A stretch of DNA of 64,000 nt from a virus (taxonomy: Duplodnaviria; Caudoviricetes), in IMG/VR virus record IMGVR_UViG_3300021963_007290, positions 38,867 through 102,866 of that record; one strand, 5' to 3'. The position numbers and the translations under genes are program-made. A model generated the notes under the pieces. It saw only the letters and a list, made by a program, of their open reading frames with translations, searched no databases and was not told the DNA's origin. Below, piece after piece: positions 39,101-46,602 of the stretch (its first letter is position 1; each line of letters begins with the position of its first letter).

Positions 39101-41689
39101 ATAGCAACATTTACTAGTTCTTTGCCGGATTCATTTATTACTGGATCTCAAGTTAAAATAGAAGGATCTACTGTAGGATTTAATACAAATCGACTCTATA
39201 CAATAAATCGATATGATAATACTAGAGTTGGATTGGCCGAATCTGTTATAGGGAGTATATATCCCACAGATATCACCCGTGTTGAAAATAGCCCAACTTT
39301 ATATGCTGGATTAGCAGATTCTCCAGTAAGATTGGCTGTTACGGACACTTCAGTTTTTGGTACAGTTGGATCAATTGTGAGAGTAAATGTTTCTGGAATG
39401 AACAATTTCTTTAATGGAACACAAGATGCAAGGATTTCTTCATCAAGTATTTTAGAGTTAATTAATAGAACTAATCCGCACACACAAATTTCATATATTC
39501 CATATAATTTATCTAACATTGATACTACTGGTGTGGTTGGATTGGCAAATGCATTTAGAGTTGTTACTGTTCCCACTGGACACAATTTAGGATCTCCTGG
39601 CAATCAAAGCATTGGAGGATTGATTTATATGAGATCTTCCATACCAACTACAAACAACCCAATATCTTATGATGGAAGGTTTACAATTAGAGAAATTTTG
39701 GATGGTAATAGATTTACAATTGATCAAACTACAAGCAGTACTGCAACACAAAATCCAGGAGATTATGCTATAGTAGACACAAATGCATATTACGTTGGAG
39801 TTAACAGTGGTGCAAGAGTAACTACAACTTCAACTCATTTGCTAAGAAATTCTGATACGGTGACTCTTTTAGATAATCAGTCAGTTTTCCTAAGTCAAGA
39901 TTATACTGTGTCTGCAGTATATTCACCAACAATTGTTAGTTTAACTAATACGTATCCCACTTCAAATGAAAATACATTCAATTTCAAACAGTCATCGACA
40001 AATGGAAATATAACTCCAAAGAGACCAACTGGATCAACTACCGCAAAAATTAAAGTAAATAGAGTTCTTAATACATCAACTGGTGCCGGACAGTATTTAC
40101 TTCCAGGAACAACATCATCTACTGATTTTGTATCTGTTTCTGGCAACAATTATAGAACTGGTCAAAGATTTTTAGTTAGTGGTGGATTGTTGGGAGGGTC
40201 TAATCCCAATAATAATTTGATAGTTACTATAGGATCTGTAAGTAATTTAGGCGAACTTGTGTATATTAATGGAGATACTGCAGGTCTTGGCACATTGCCA
40301 ACGTATCAGGGGGATGCTGATAATACCCTCGACTATTCATTAAATGGATCTCTCATTGCGATAGAATCTAATGATTTTACTGGTGGTGGAATTGGTGCTC
40401 GGTTTAATATTGTCAGAAGTGGGACAAGAACTCCTGCCGGAATACCAACATATTCAAGTGTAACTATCGATAATGGTGGAAATAATTATACTCAAAGTAG
40501 TACTATTAGAATTCGTGGAGATCTTCTTGATGGACTTACTCCACTTAATGATCTTTATGTGAAAATTTTAAGTGTGAACGCTAGTGGAACAATTAATGGT
40601 ATTGCAATTACTGGCATTGCCTCAGATTCTTATGCAGTGTCTGGATTTAGCACAATTTATTATGATGGAACCACCAACGTATCAAGACCATATGGATTAG
40701 AAAGAACTGGAGATTTTGGATCACCTACAAGTCCTTCTTTACCTCCAACTCAAGGTGCATATTTGGAACAAAGACAAGATATGTTGTCTTTGGCTAGAGA
40801 AAATTTTGGTGGAGTTATAAAAATTGGTAAAGTTTATAGTGTTGGAAATCCTGAAAAATCTGCTTCTATTACATCATTATTTGTTTATGGAAATATGTGG
40901 CATAGTAATAATGCTGATGCTGTTGAGTATAATTTTGATAAAGTAACAAATACGGGAATTTGTACAATATATCTAGATGATGATAATGATGATGGTCTTC
41001 CCTTTAGAAATATGTCTGTACTTGATAGAGTTTTTATATATGATTCGGGAAGTCCATATTTAGATTATCCATTGGTCGGGTATGCACATACTATAATTCA
41101 GGTAAATAGTGTTGGTGGCAATGCAACCGGAACTAGAGATTTCATTGTAATAAATACGAAAAATTATAATGCAACAGCAAGTGATGACGATGGAGTAGGG
41201 GCTGGAGGATCTCCAATTAATTTAAAAATCATAAAAACAAATAATCCATTAATAGTACATGCACCCAATCATGGATTTTCAAATGATGAAAGAGTTATCA
41301 TTGGAATTACTACAGATAGATTCGGTCTCCCATACGGAACAAGTACTGGATTGGGAAATACAACTTATAGTATAACAAATGCAAACACAAATACATTTCA
41401 AGTTTACAATGATTCTGGAATAATTAACGCTGAATCACTTTTGAATGGTTCTACAACTCCTTTGGTTAATTATTGGTATGATTTTATTAGAGGAACAGAA
41501 ACTGGATTAAATGGCGAGGTTCAAGGAGTTGTTGGTAGTAACACTAACGATGGAAACAGGGCTCCTTTTGCTCAAATCATCTTAGCAAAAGGAGGAAGAG
41601 CGTCTGTCGTAGGAACAGGAGTTACTCCAGTTGATAATAGAATAGGATTAGCAAAAGCAATTTCGGATTTTATAGTAGAAACTATATAA
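33131..41689 (+). CDS. giant fibre/adhesin-like protein with PA14-like domain and repeated beta-domains (2852 aa)
   Basis: Ser/Thr/Gly-rich; GYFRPPSSGIYKF and GRYYPIRI (PA14-like); 10-aa tandem repeats; about 14 H(G/T)FxxGDxV-type domains. Confidence 0.75.
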   Translation: MAFYGSASANLSPILFKGNLFSEGVNIVMHSDVSLSMSIPSPISAASTNYTIAPRTTGNFDNFSANYRNSPFYDGIFPAYLQQYLIKNKVGDSSRSPNLYSYFDSSPRRIPASDGTDLSPKQFTVENTENYTFSDASILARDTISVANYPNLGNLKDTKTFYDFWRNRYIDINFRSASQSFTSTYPFNIAAFNSRLSGVDSVQSSITLYDSTVNNNSARLSYYSEDVQGNILSIYYSGISSSPSVKIQGTELIEGDISKSLIGGDLYKIPRRKLPTYLITASNEQDNAAADISSTTFQARSNVGYSTDKYGFSSQGLYARRYRGCIANVTWNSVIKKSGNDYQAGSEQYQAWINEYAVPLPFGSITSGIGEDAYGVNWFNNGRTISSNPSYTGNVRFTLDIGGTSQVQYYYQSGSNYFYEPTYPTNTSNTDVEFPNAYVPPFLKTLANYDVNFNPAATGTSTNLTQRAVTDRNRYGAFWGPFNSIDRIRSDIQNYTIMIIGYFRPPSSGIYKFKLTNCGPCAIWISSDARLVPSGTTWTTASSVLNDEDVYSRWNNPSTATLASPQTTAARYLASNPGPSDSIDDWNSVYGSDPQIVSDYLEMTGGRYYPIRIIFSNPGNELLTGSDSNGFSVPNSAGEISCDGTALSSQLNPSFLRLLVSNAKTKPDPTQSLPSILDTEWNLSTIGGTPIFYGGLDVWKYGSPFFPLPVTPINKTIKSEIVERNLRVISLSSYDSDDGYDGVFFLEKPEVSAENQRYRYITLSGDDYKKSDRPNPPSDTNWRFGKYFTPITYSISNPTIVSGSGANLSLNVTRLNDRYLTSASSGGVGFKTGDRIRVSNTSLGGNAALNDLLLSVSNVVSESYTETGNLEGSTRTDLPSFFVFKNEDGNNVADYTVKVNTADAGSGYSVGDRLIISGNLLDGSSVNDINIRVDQVGAGGTIIAITPILGATNYGSPTNRIGYTVDLNEFNPIGYSSVSFSYNPCTIGYRFNNISGAAYSTASITGISYTTLPVTGAAYSSFSITGIAYTTGSIVSIGYSTADIVSIAYTSRSITSIGYSAVSITGIAYTNADIVSIGYSSASVTAIGYTSPQVVSIGYTAFGVDNISYPESITISSIVDTGGNPGNTNVEITLTGAPDLQVNPIVSPNGFVIISGTGDSRIDGRREVASIVNANTLEIIPQTPITSTLLISPLFAKLIVEDDNIAGNPVGYGSTALLTTTTNHTFNVGDSIIVRGVQNPQYTSWNSTFVIEGVDSPTSVWLQNTGTVGLFTATTLGQEVGVGLTVGYDQSELQLEIERPVPYQLEVGMGITVFGVTGESAIYNNGYVVRSILASDGSGPYKFDLLQDQTPTQLALSGSTGRVGIHTISGIATVTSTSVFGIPGDLINLKIENSPSSFFNQVFDGAVILDSSRILLGPDSYRNSTTPNPQEYASINTNPSTLSGRVGSPLQIIYNNLTAGYTFKVNDTIDVYNCSEPSYNTVPNSIPISYYTISSIDSIFGQSVLTLTKVSTASTIFSSVGLSGKIGVRGLPPIVTTSTVSGLSTVFGSVGQNIQFAIKNSLKQNLNSDLITYNGRIISSDQILVTSPAAANPLERNDNYNVVGSGGTVGLSGAKLRVITSTNHGFVVGNSVRLQNIADQPIYNGTYIVDRIVNSNTFEVDTTPSTTWTPSTTYDRAGTSGLVGLRANAVVTTLASHPFINGNEVKIQSTGNSDFDNKTYFVQIIDSTKFTLQSTSADPYTDDFTTAGALNGIVGLLNYPATVQYSSSYVFNTNDKVSIANTTKTYGTSNGRYTITRIDNSRFTLDVNADSATDISSKDTSGLIGLMNARPVVTYVTNHFGNINTDLKIKTNDSIKIQSTGLSQFDNIVFTATLIANGDPNGTFGISGNNIENSFTSLSQPNFTSFTGSAIGGLIGSRLRIRSVGHNLSATGTVRIQGTQSNQFDGNATYTVFDSNNIDLTNNSSDSTTDFTKTEGSSSLARLGPHGYPAIATFTSSLPDSFITGSQVKIEGSTVGFNTNRLYTINRYDNTRVGLAESVIGSIYPTDITRVENSPTLYAGLADSPVRLAVTDTSVFGTVGSIVRVNVSGMNNFFNGTQDARISSSSILELINRTNPHTQISYIPYNLSNIDTTGVVGLANAFRVVTVPTGHNLGSPGNQSIGGLIYMRSSIPTTNNPISYDGRFTIREILDGNRFTIDQTTSSTATQNPGDYAIVDTNAYYVGVNSGARVTTTSTHLLRNSDTVTLLDNQSVFLSQDYTVSAVYSPTIVSLTNTYPTSNENTFNFKQSSTNGNITPKRPTGSTTAKIKVNRVLNTSTGAGQYLLPGTTSSTDFVSVSGNNYRTGQRFLVSGGLLGGSNPNNNLIVTIGSVSNLGELVYINGDTAGLGTLPTYQGDADNTLDYSLNGSLIAIESNDFTGGGIGARFNIVRSGTRTPAGIPTYSSVTIDNGGNNYTQSSTIRIRGDLLDGLTPLNDLYVKILSVNASGTINGIAITGIASDSYAVSGFSTIYYDGTTNVSRPYGLERTGDFGSPTSPSLPPTQGAYLEQRQDMLSLARENFGGVIKIGKVYSVGNPEKSASITSLFVYGNMWHSNNADAVEYNFDKVTNTGICTIYLDDDNDDGLPFRNMSVLDRVFIYDSGSPYLDYPLVGYAHTIIQVNSVGGNATGTRDFIVINTKNYNATASDDDGVGAGGSPINLKIIKTNNPLIVHAPNHGFSNDERVIIGITTDRFGLPYGTSTGLGNTTYSITNANTNTFQVYNDSGIINAESLLNGSTTPLVNYWYDFIRGTETGLNGEVQGVVGSNTNDGNRAPFAQIILAKGGRASVVGTGVTPVDNRIGLAKAISDFIVETI
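36110..36469 (+). repeat. 12 x 30-nt (10-aa) degenerate tandem repeat, consensus (I/V)(T/V)(G/S)I(G/A)Y(S/T)xxx
   Basis: ISGAAYSTAS ITGISYTTLP VTGAAYSSFS ITGIAYTTGS IVSIGYSTAD IVSIAYTSRS ITSIGYSAVS ITGIAYTNAD IVSIGYSSAS VTAIGYTSPQ VVSIGYTAFG VDNISYPESI; the 30-nt period is exact. Confidence 0.9.
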
Positions 41690-41706
41690 TCTCAAAATAA
41701 TAAATT

Positions 41707-41714
41707 CATAAATA
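41707..41714 (+). promoter_or_regulatory. late promoter (cATAAATA)
   Basis: Intergenic ATAAATA upstream of the ORF at 41752. Confidence 0.65.
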
Positions 41715-41751
41715 ACTAATAAGAAGATAAAAAGGGTGGATAGGGAAACCC

Positions 41752-44700
41752 ATGGCCTCAATCAATAAGAATTTTGTTGTAAGAAATGGTCTTGAGGTAA
41801 ATAACAGTTTAATTTATGCTGAAATAACTAATAGAAGAGTTGGTATTGGTATAACAACTCCTATTAGAAGGTTGCACGTAAAGGGTGGTGCATATTTTGA
41901 TCCTGGCCTTGAAGTTTTAGGAATTGTAACTTCCAGTGGATTAGTTGTAGGTGGAACTGGAACAATTCAAGATCTGATTGTTCCTACTAGTGGTATAATA
42001 AACAATTTAACTGTAGGAAATTTAGATGTAGCATTTAATGCTGAAGTAGGGCAGGATCTTACGGTAGGGGGAAGATTATTTGTAGATCAATATTATGGAA
42101 ATGGTGACACATTAAGTGGAATTGTTACTCAAATTGTTGCTGGTGCTGGAATTTCGATTACAGCAACTCAAGAACCAGGAAAAGGCATTGTAACAATTGA
42201 TGCATTTTCTCCTGTAGGGAAAACAGTATTTGTAACCCAAAATGGAAACGATAATAATACAGGATTGAGTTTAGATGATGCTAAAAAAACAATTAAGGCA
42301 GCTGCAGCAACTGCATTAACAAGAGATACTATTAAAGTTTATCCTGGTGTTTATGTAGAAGATAATCCTATCATCTTAAATGAACTTGTTTCAATGGAGG
42401 GTGGTGAATTAAGAAACGTAGTTATAACTCCAAGATTCCCAGAACGAGATATGTTCTATGTGAATAATGGATGTCACGTAACAGACATGAGTTTTATTGG
42501 TGTTCCAGCAAGAGATGGAGCAGCAATGGTTGCTTTAGAACAACTTCGTGGAGTAAAGGAAGATAGATATTTTGATGCTGCACGAATGATCCGATTTAAT
42601 TTGGATTATATTGCAAGAGAATCGGTTGGATTTTTGACTAGTGGGTATAGTGGATTTGCTGGAGATCACCTCGCACAAGATGCTGCTAAAAAAATAGATG
42701 CGAATATCAATTTTATTGCCGCAGAAACGATTGGATTTTTAACCAGCACTGCATATTTAAATCCACCATTTATAATTACAAATGCCATAGGTGTTGCAAC
42801 TCATCCAATTAATTGTGAAGATGATATTAAAGATATTCTTAGATCTTTATCTAATGATTTAAAAGCAGGAAGCAATAAAAAAATAATAGGAGCAGGTTTA
42901 TCTTATTATAGTGATGAAACTCTATTGCATATCACTGGAGATGATCCAAATGGAAATTCAATATTAAATGCAACTGTAGAGGCAATAAATTATGCAGTAG
43001 GTATTGTTACAACTATTGTTAGAGATAGAGATTGGGCACTTCAATCTGGAGTAACAACTTATGCTGCATCTAGAGAAATATATCAAGATTTTTCTTATAG
43101 TCCACTTCCGGGAAATTGTGCTGGAACAATTTCAATAATTGAAAATGAAAGAGATACTTTACTTACAATACTTCAAGATGGTCCAAATTCTGCATTTAAT
43201 GTTACAGGAATAACAACTGTTTATGGAGTAAACCTTGAAGTAAAAGAAGATTGTGTTGATGATGTTAAAAATGTTTGGAAGCAAATTGTATTTGATTTAA
43301 CCCGAGGTGGAAATAGCAAAGTAGTAGAAGCAGGAAAAATTTATTTTGATGATAATGGAACATCTACATGGGATTTAAAACCTTTATTAAAAAATCCAAG
43401 TGAAGTAGAACAAACAATAGTAACATTAGAACATTCACTTGAGATAGCAAAATCAGTTGTTAATAATAATTGTTTTGGTCAATTTGGAGCATATTTTGCA
43501 GGAATTACTACATATCCAAAACTATATGTTTTAGATGCATGGTATGATAATCATTGCGGTCTTATGACTGTTTTTGTAGGTGATTCTGATGGAACTCCAG
43601 TTCCGATGCAAGAAGCTGGATTATTACCTGGAGACCCTGTTTATTTTAAAGATTTGGTATTTGGTTGCGGTAGTGGAACAGTAGGACCAAACGCATTTAG
43701 CACAGCAGTATTCCCATCAAAAGAAGCACAAACAGAATATGGTGGAAATTATTATGGCAATACTTTCTGCGTATGGACTGTAGATCCTGACATTCAAGAT
43801 CAATTTGGAAGTAATACATTCCAAGTTCTTGTAGGACCTTCAACAATCAGTCATTATTATTCAAATGACACTACAACTACCCCACCATCGGTAATTAGTG
43901 ATTGGGATAGCACTCAAACAATTAATCATGGATATAATTCTGGAATTGTTGAAAGAAAGACCAATTTCCAGAAAGAATATACACAAATAAAAGATCTTGC
44001 AATACAAAAAGATCCGACAATTGGATGTGAAGAATTTTATCCACAAGGATTTAATGAATCTGTTGCTGGATGTAAAAATGTTATTTCATCATTAACTTCA
44101 TTAGTAGGAGTCGTGACTTCAATTTTAGGATATGGGGCAACGAGTGGAATCTCTACTTCATATCCTGGAAATAGAGGGGAAGGAATTCCATCATCTAACT
44201 TAAAGTATGTAAGCACTGCTGCATATGATAATATTAAAGGAAAAGTAATTGTTACTGTTCCAGGATTAAATGCGGTAAAAGGTGATAGAATAGAACTTCG
44301 CGATCTGACATTCTCATGTAACTCAGGTGGTCCAACAAGTTCTCAAAAATTCCCATCAGGAACTTATGGATACAGTTTTTATATTGACAAAAAGATTGGA
44401 GATAACTATACATTAAACGTTGGAACGTCAACGTTGCCCCATACTTATGAAGGTGGTGGATATGTAATTGATAGAACTTTTGATATAGCAACTGCTCCTT
44501 ATAATCATACAACAGGCATTGTCACAATAACTGCACCAGGAGCTTATGTATCCAGGGGGGATATTGTTACGATCAGAGATTTATTATACAATTGTGGAGG
44601 ACCCTCTGCGGTAACTTTCCCAAATGAGGCAGTTCAGACGGAATATGGTGGCAAATTCTATGGAAACAATTTCACTGTAGTTGATATCGTTTCGGATCGT

Positions 44701-46227
44701 GTTTATGACGCAGTTGATTGTCAATATACACATACGACAGGATTAACAACAATAACTGTTATTAATCCAAATTTCTCAGTATCTGAAGGAGATCTTGTAG
44801 AGATAAGAAATTTTGAATTTGATTGTACAAGTGGAGCAGCAACAACTACAATCTATCCAACAGGAAATAGTGGTGGATTTGTATTTAAAGTTTATGCTGT
44901 TTCTGGAGACGACTTTGAAATTTATACAGGTGAAGGTCCATTCCCCCACACTTATGTCCAAGGTGGAACGGTAAGAAATGTCACTCAAAGAAAGAGCAGT
45001 ACATTTACTTTGGATGTTGGAATTTCAACAATACCTCATACTTATGTTGGTCCTTCTGGATATATAATTCCCCCATATTCTCCAGGTGTTGGTCCCATTA
45101 CTCAAGGTCCATATATTAGAAACTGTACTAACTTTGTTGCTAATAGTATTGGAATGAAAGTTGACGGTTTTGATGCTGAACCAGGAAATGAAGATGACAT
45201 TGGTGTAACTGGTACAATGAGTGTTGACTCATATACTCAGTATAATCAAGGTGGTATTGGAGTTTCAATTACTAACGGTGGATACGCTCAGTTGGTTTCT
45301 ATCTTTACCATTTGCGATGACATTGCAATTTATACTGGATCTGGTGGACAATGTGACCTTACAAACTCAAATGCTTCTTTTGGTAACTATGGATTGTATT
45401 CAAATGGAGTTGGTGATGCTAGAAGTAAATCAATTTATCATACAACGGGATTTGTTGCTGAACAAGCTTTAGTTGAGCAAGATAGAATAATTATTGCCGG
45501 TGTAGGAACATATAGACCTTATGATGGACAAGCTTTATACTTTGGTGAATTATTTAAGAGTGTTAAAAAATTAACGGTATTGAATGGAGGAAGTGGATAT
45601 AGTGCTTTAGTTCCACCAAATGTAACTGTTGAAGAACCACCAGCAGATGCAAGAGGTATTAAAGCTGAAGGTAGTGTCAACGTCGATCCATCTACTGGAG
45701 CGATAACTTCAATTGACGTAATTAGTGAAGGTAGTCAGTATAGAGGTGTCCCAATAGTTACCATTGATCCTCCACCACCTGGAGGAACTCAAGCTACTGC
45801 ACAAGCAGAAATGGAGCCAATATATTATTATATTGAAAGTGCCACAATTCCTTATAATAATGGTATCACAGGAATTTCAACAGTTGTCCTAACTCAGAAT
45901 CTAAATAATACAATAGAAAGAGATACTACAGTATATTTTTCTAGATTAAGTTTGCAAATTGCAACAACTATTTCATTTGAATGGGTTGGTGCAGGAACAA
46001 ACATCAACAAAGCAAAGCCTGCACTTGGAGGCGTAACAATTGCCGAAAATGAAGTTGTTAAATTGAATGGTGGTCAGGTTGTATTTACAAGTACAAACCA
46101 AGCAGGTAACTTTAGAATTGGAACTGATTTAACTATTAATCAGTTGACTGGAACAATCACTGGTCGAGCATTTAGTCAAAGTTTATTACAAACAGTAACT
46201 CCACTCATCATCGCATTAGGTAAGTAA
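41752..46227 (+). CDS. beta-helix fibre protein with large internal insertion (1491 aa)
   Basis: VFVTQNGNDNNTG..AKKTIKAA, GPYIRNCTNF, DSYTQYNQGG, CDLTNSNASFG; paralogue of 52714..54576. Confidence 0.75.
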   Translation: MASINKNFVVRNGLEVNNSLIYAEITNRRVGIGITTPIRRLHVKGGAYFDPGLEVLGIVTSSGLVVGGTGTIQDLIVPTSGIINNLTVGNLDVAFNAEVGQDLTVGGRLFVDQYYGNGDTLSGIVTQIVAGAGISITATQEPGKGIVTIDAFSPVGKTVFVTQNGNDNNTGLSLDDAKKTIKAAAATALTRDTIKVYPGVYVEDNPIILNELVSMEGGELRNVVITPRFPERDMFYVNNGCHVTDMSFIGVPARDGAAMVALEQLRGVKEDRYFDAARMIRFNLDYIARESVGFLTSGYSGFAGDHLAQDAAKKIDANINFIAAETIGFLTSTAYLNPPFIITNAIGVATHPINCEDDIKDILRSLSNDLKAGSNKKIIGAGLSYYSDETLLHITGDDPNGNSILNATVEAINYAVGIVTTIVRDRDWALQSGVTTYAASREIYQDFSYSPLPGNCAGTISIIENERDTLLTILQDGPNSAFNVTGITTVYGVNLEVKEDCVDDVKNVWKQIVFDLTRGGNSKVVEAGKIYFDDNGTSTWDLKPLLKNPSEVEQTIVTLEHSLEIAKSVVNNNCFGQFGAYFAGITTYPKLYVLDAWYDNHCGLMTVFVGDSDGTPVPMQEAGLLPGDPVYFKDLVFGCGSGTVGPNAFSTAVFPSKEAQTEYGGNYYGNTFCVWTVDPDIQDQFGSNTFQVLVGPSTISHYYSNDTTTTPPSVISDWDSTQTINHGYNSGIVERKTNFQKEYTQIKDLAIQKDPTIGCEEFYPQGFNESVAGCKNVISSLTSLVGVVTSILGYGATSGISTSYPGNRGEGIPSSNLKYVSTAAYDNIKGKVIVTVPGLNAVKGDRIELRDLTFSCNSGGPTSSQKFPSGTYGYSFYIDKKIGDNYTLNVGTSTLPHTYEGGGYVIDRTFDIATAPYNHTTGIVTITAPGAYVSRGDIVTIRDLLYNCGGPSAVTFPNEAVQTEYGGKFYGNNFTVVDIVSDRVYDAVDCQYTHTTGLTTITVINPNFSVSEGDLVEIRNFEFDCTSGAATTTIYPTGNSGGFVFKVYAVSGDDFEIYTGEGPFPHTYVQGGTVRNVTQRKSSTFTLDVGISTIPHTYVGPSGYIIPPYSPGVGPITQGPYIRNCTNFVANSIGMKVDGFDAEPGNEDDIGVTGTMSVDSYTQYNQGGIGVSITNGGYAQLVSIFTICDDIAIYTGSGGQCDLTNSNASFGNYGLYSNGVGDARSKSIYHTTGFVAEQALVEQDRIIIAGVGTYRPYDGQALYFGELFKSVKKLTVLNGGSGYSALVPPNVTVEEPPADARGIKAEGSVNVDPSTGAITSIDVISEGSQYRGVPIVTIDPPPPGGTQATAQAEMEPIYYYIESATIPYNNGITGISTVVLTQNLNNTIERDTTVYFSRLSLQIATTISFEWVGAGTNINKAKPALGGVTIAENEVVKLNGGQVVFTSTNQAGNFRIGTDLTINQLTGTITGRAFSQSLLQTVTPLIIALGK

Positions 46228-46228
46228 A

Positions 46229-46597
46229 ATGGCAGCAATTGCACTTAATAAATTTAGAACAATTAGAACAAGAATCACATCTAATAATGTTGGCATTTAT
46301 ACTTGTCCTATTGGTGTTGCTAGTATTATTATTAATTGGCAAATTACTAACGTTTCTACAGGTAGTTCAGTAGGAATTGCAAGTATAACTGCAATACATG
46401 CAAGAGATCCAGATCCAATTACTGGAATTGTAAGTTTTAAAATGGCCAACCAAATAATTATACCTCCAAATGATGGATATAATATCGTTGGCGATGGACG
46501 ACTTGCATTAGAAACCAATGATGTCCTTTTCATTTCTGCATCAGAAAATTGGAAACTTGAGTCAATTTTAAGCGTATTGGAAACTGCTAAACAGTAA
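46229..46597 (+). CDS. small structural protein (122 aa), paralogue of 54583..54912
   Basis: ALNKFRT..IYTCPIG..QITNV..IPPND..GRLALETND..SVLET. Confidence 0.7.
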   Translation: MAAIALNKFRTIRTRITSNNVGIYTCPIGVASIIINWQITNVSTGSSVGIASITAIHARDPDPITGIVSFKMANQIIIPPNDGYNIVGDGRLALETNDVLFISASENWKLESILSVLETAKQ

Positions 46598-46602
46598 GAT
46601 AA

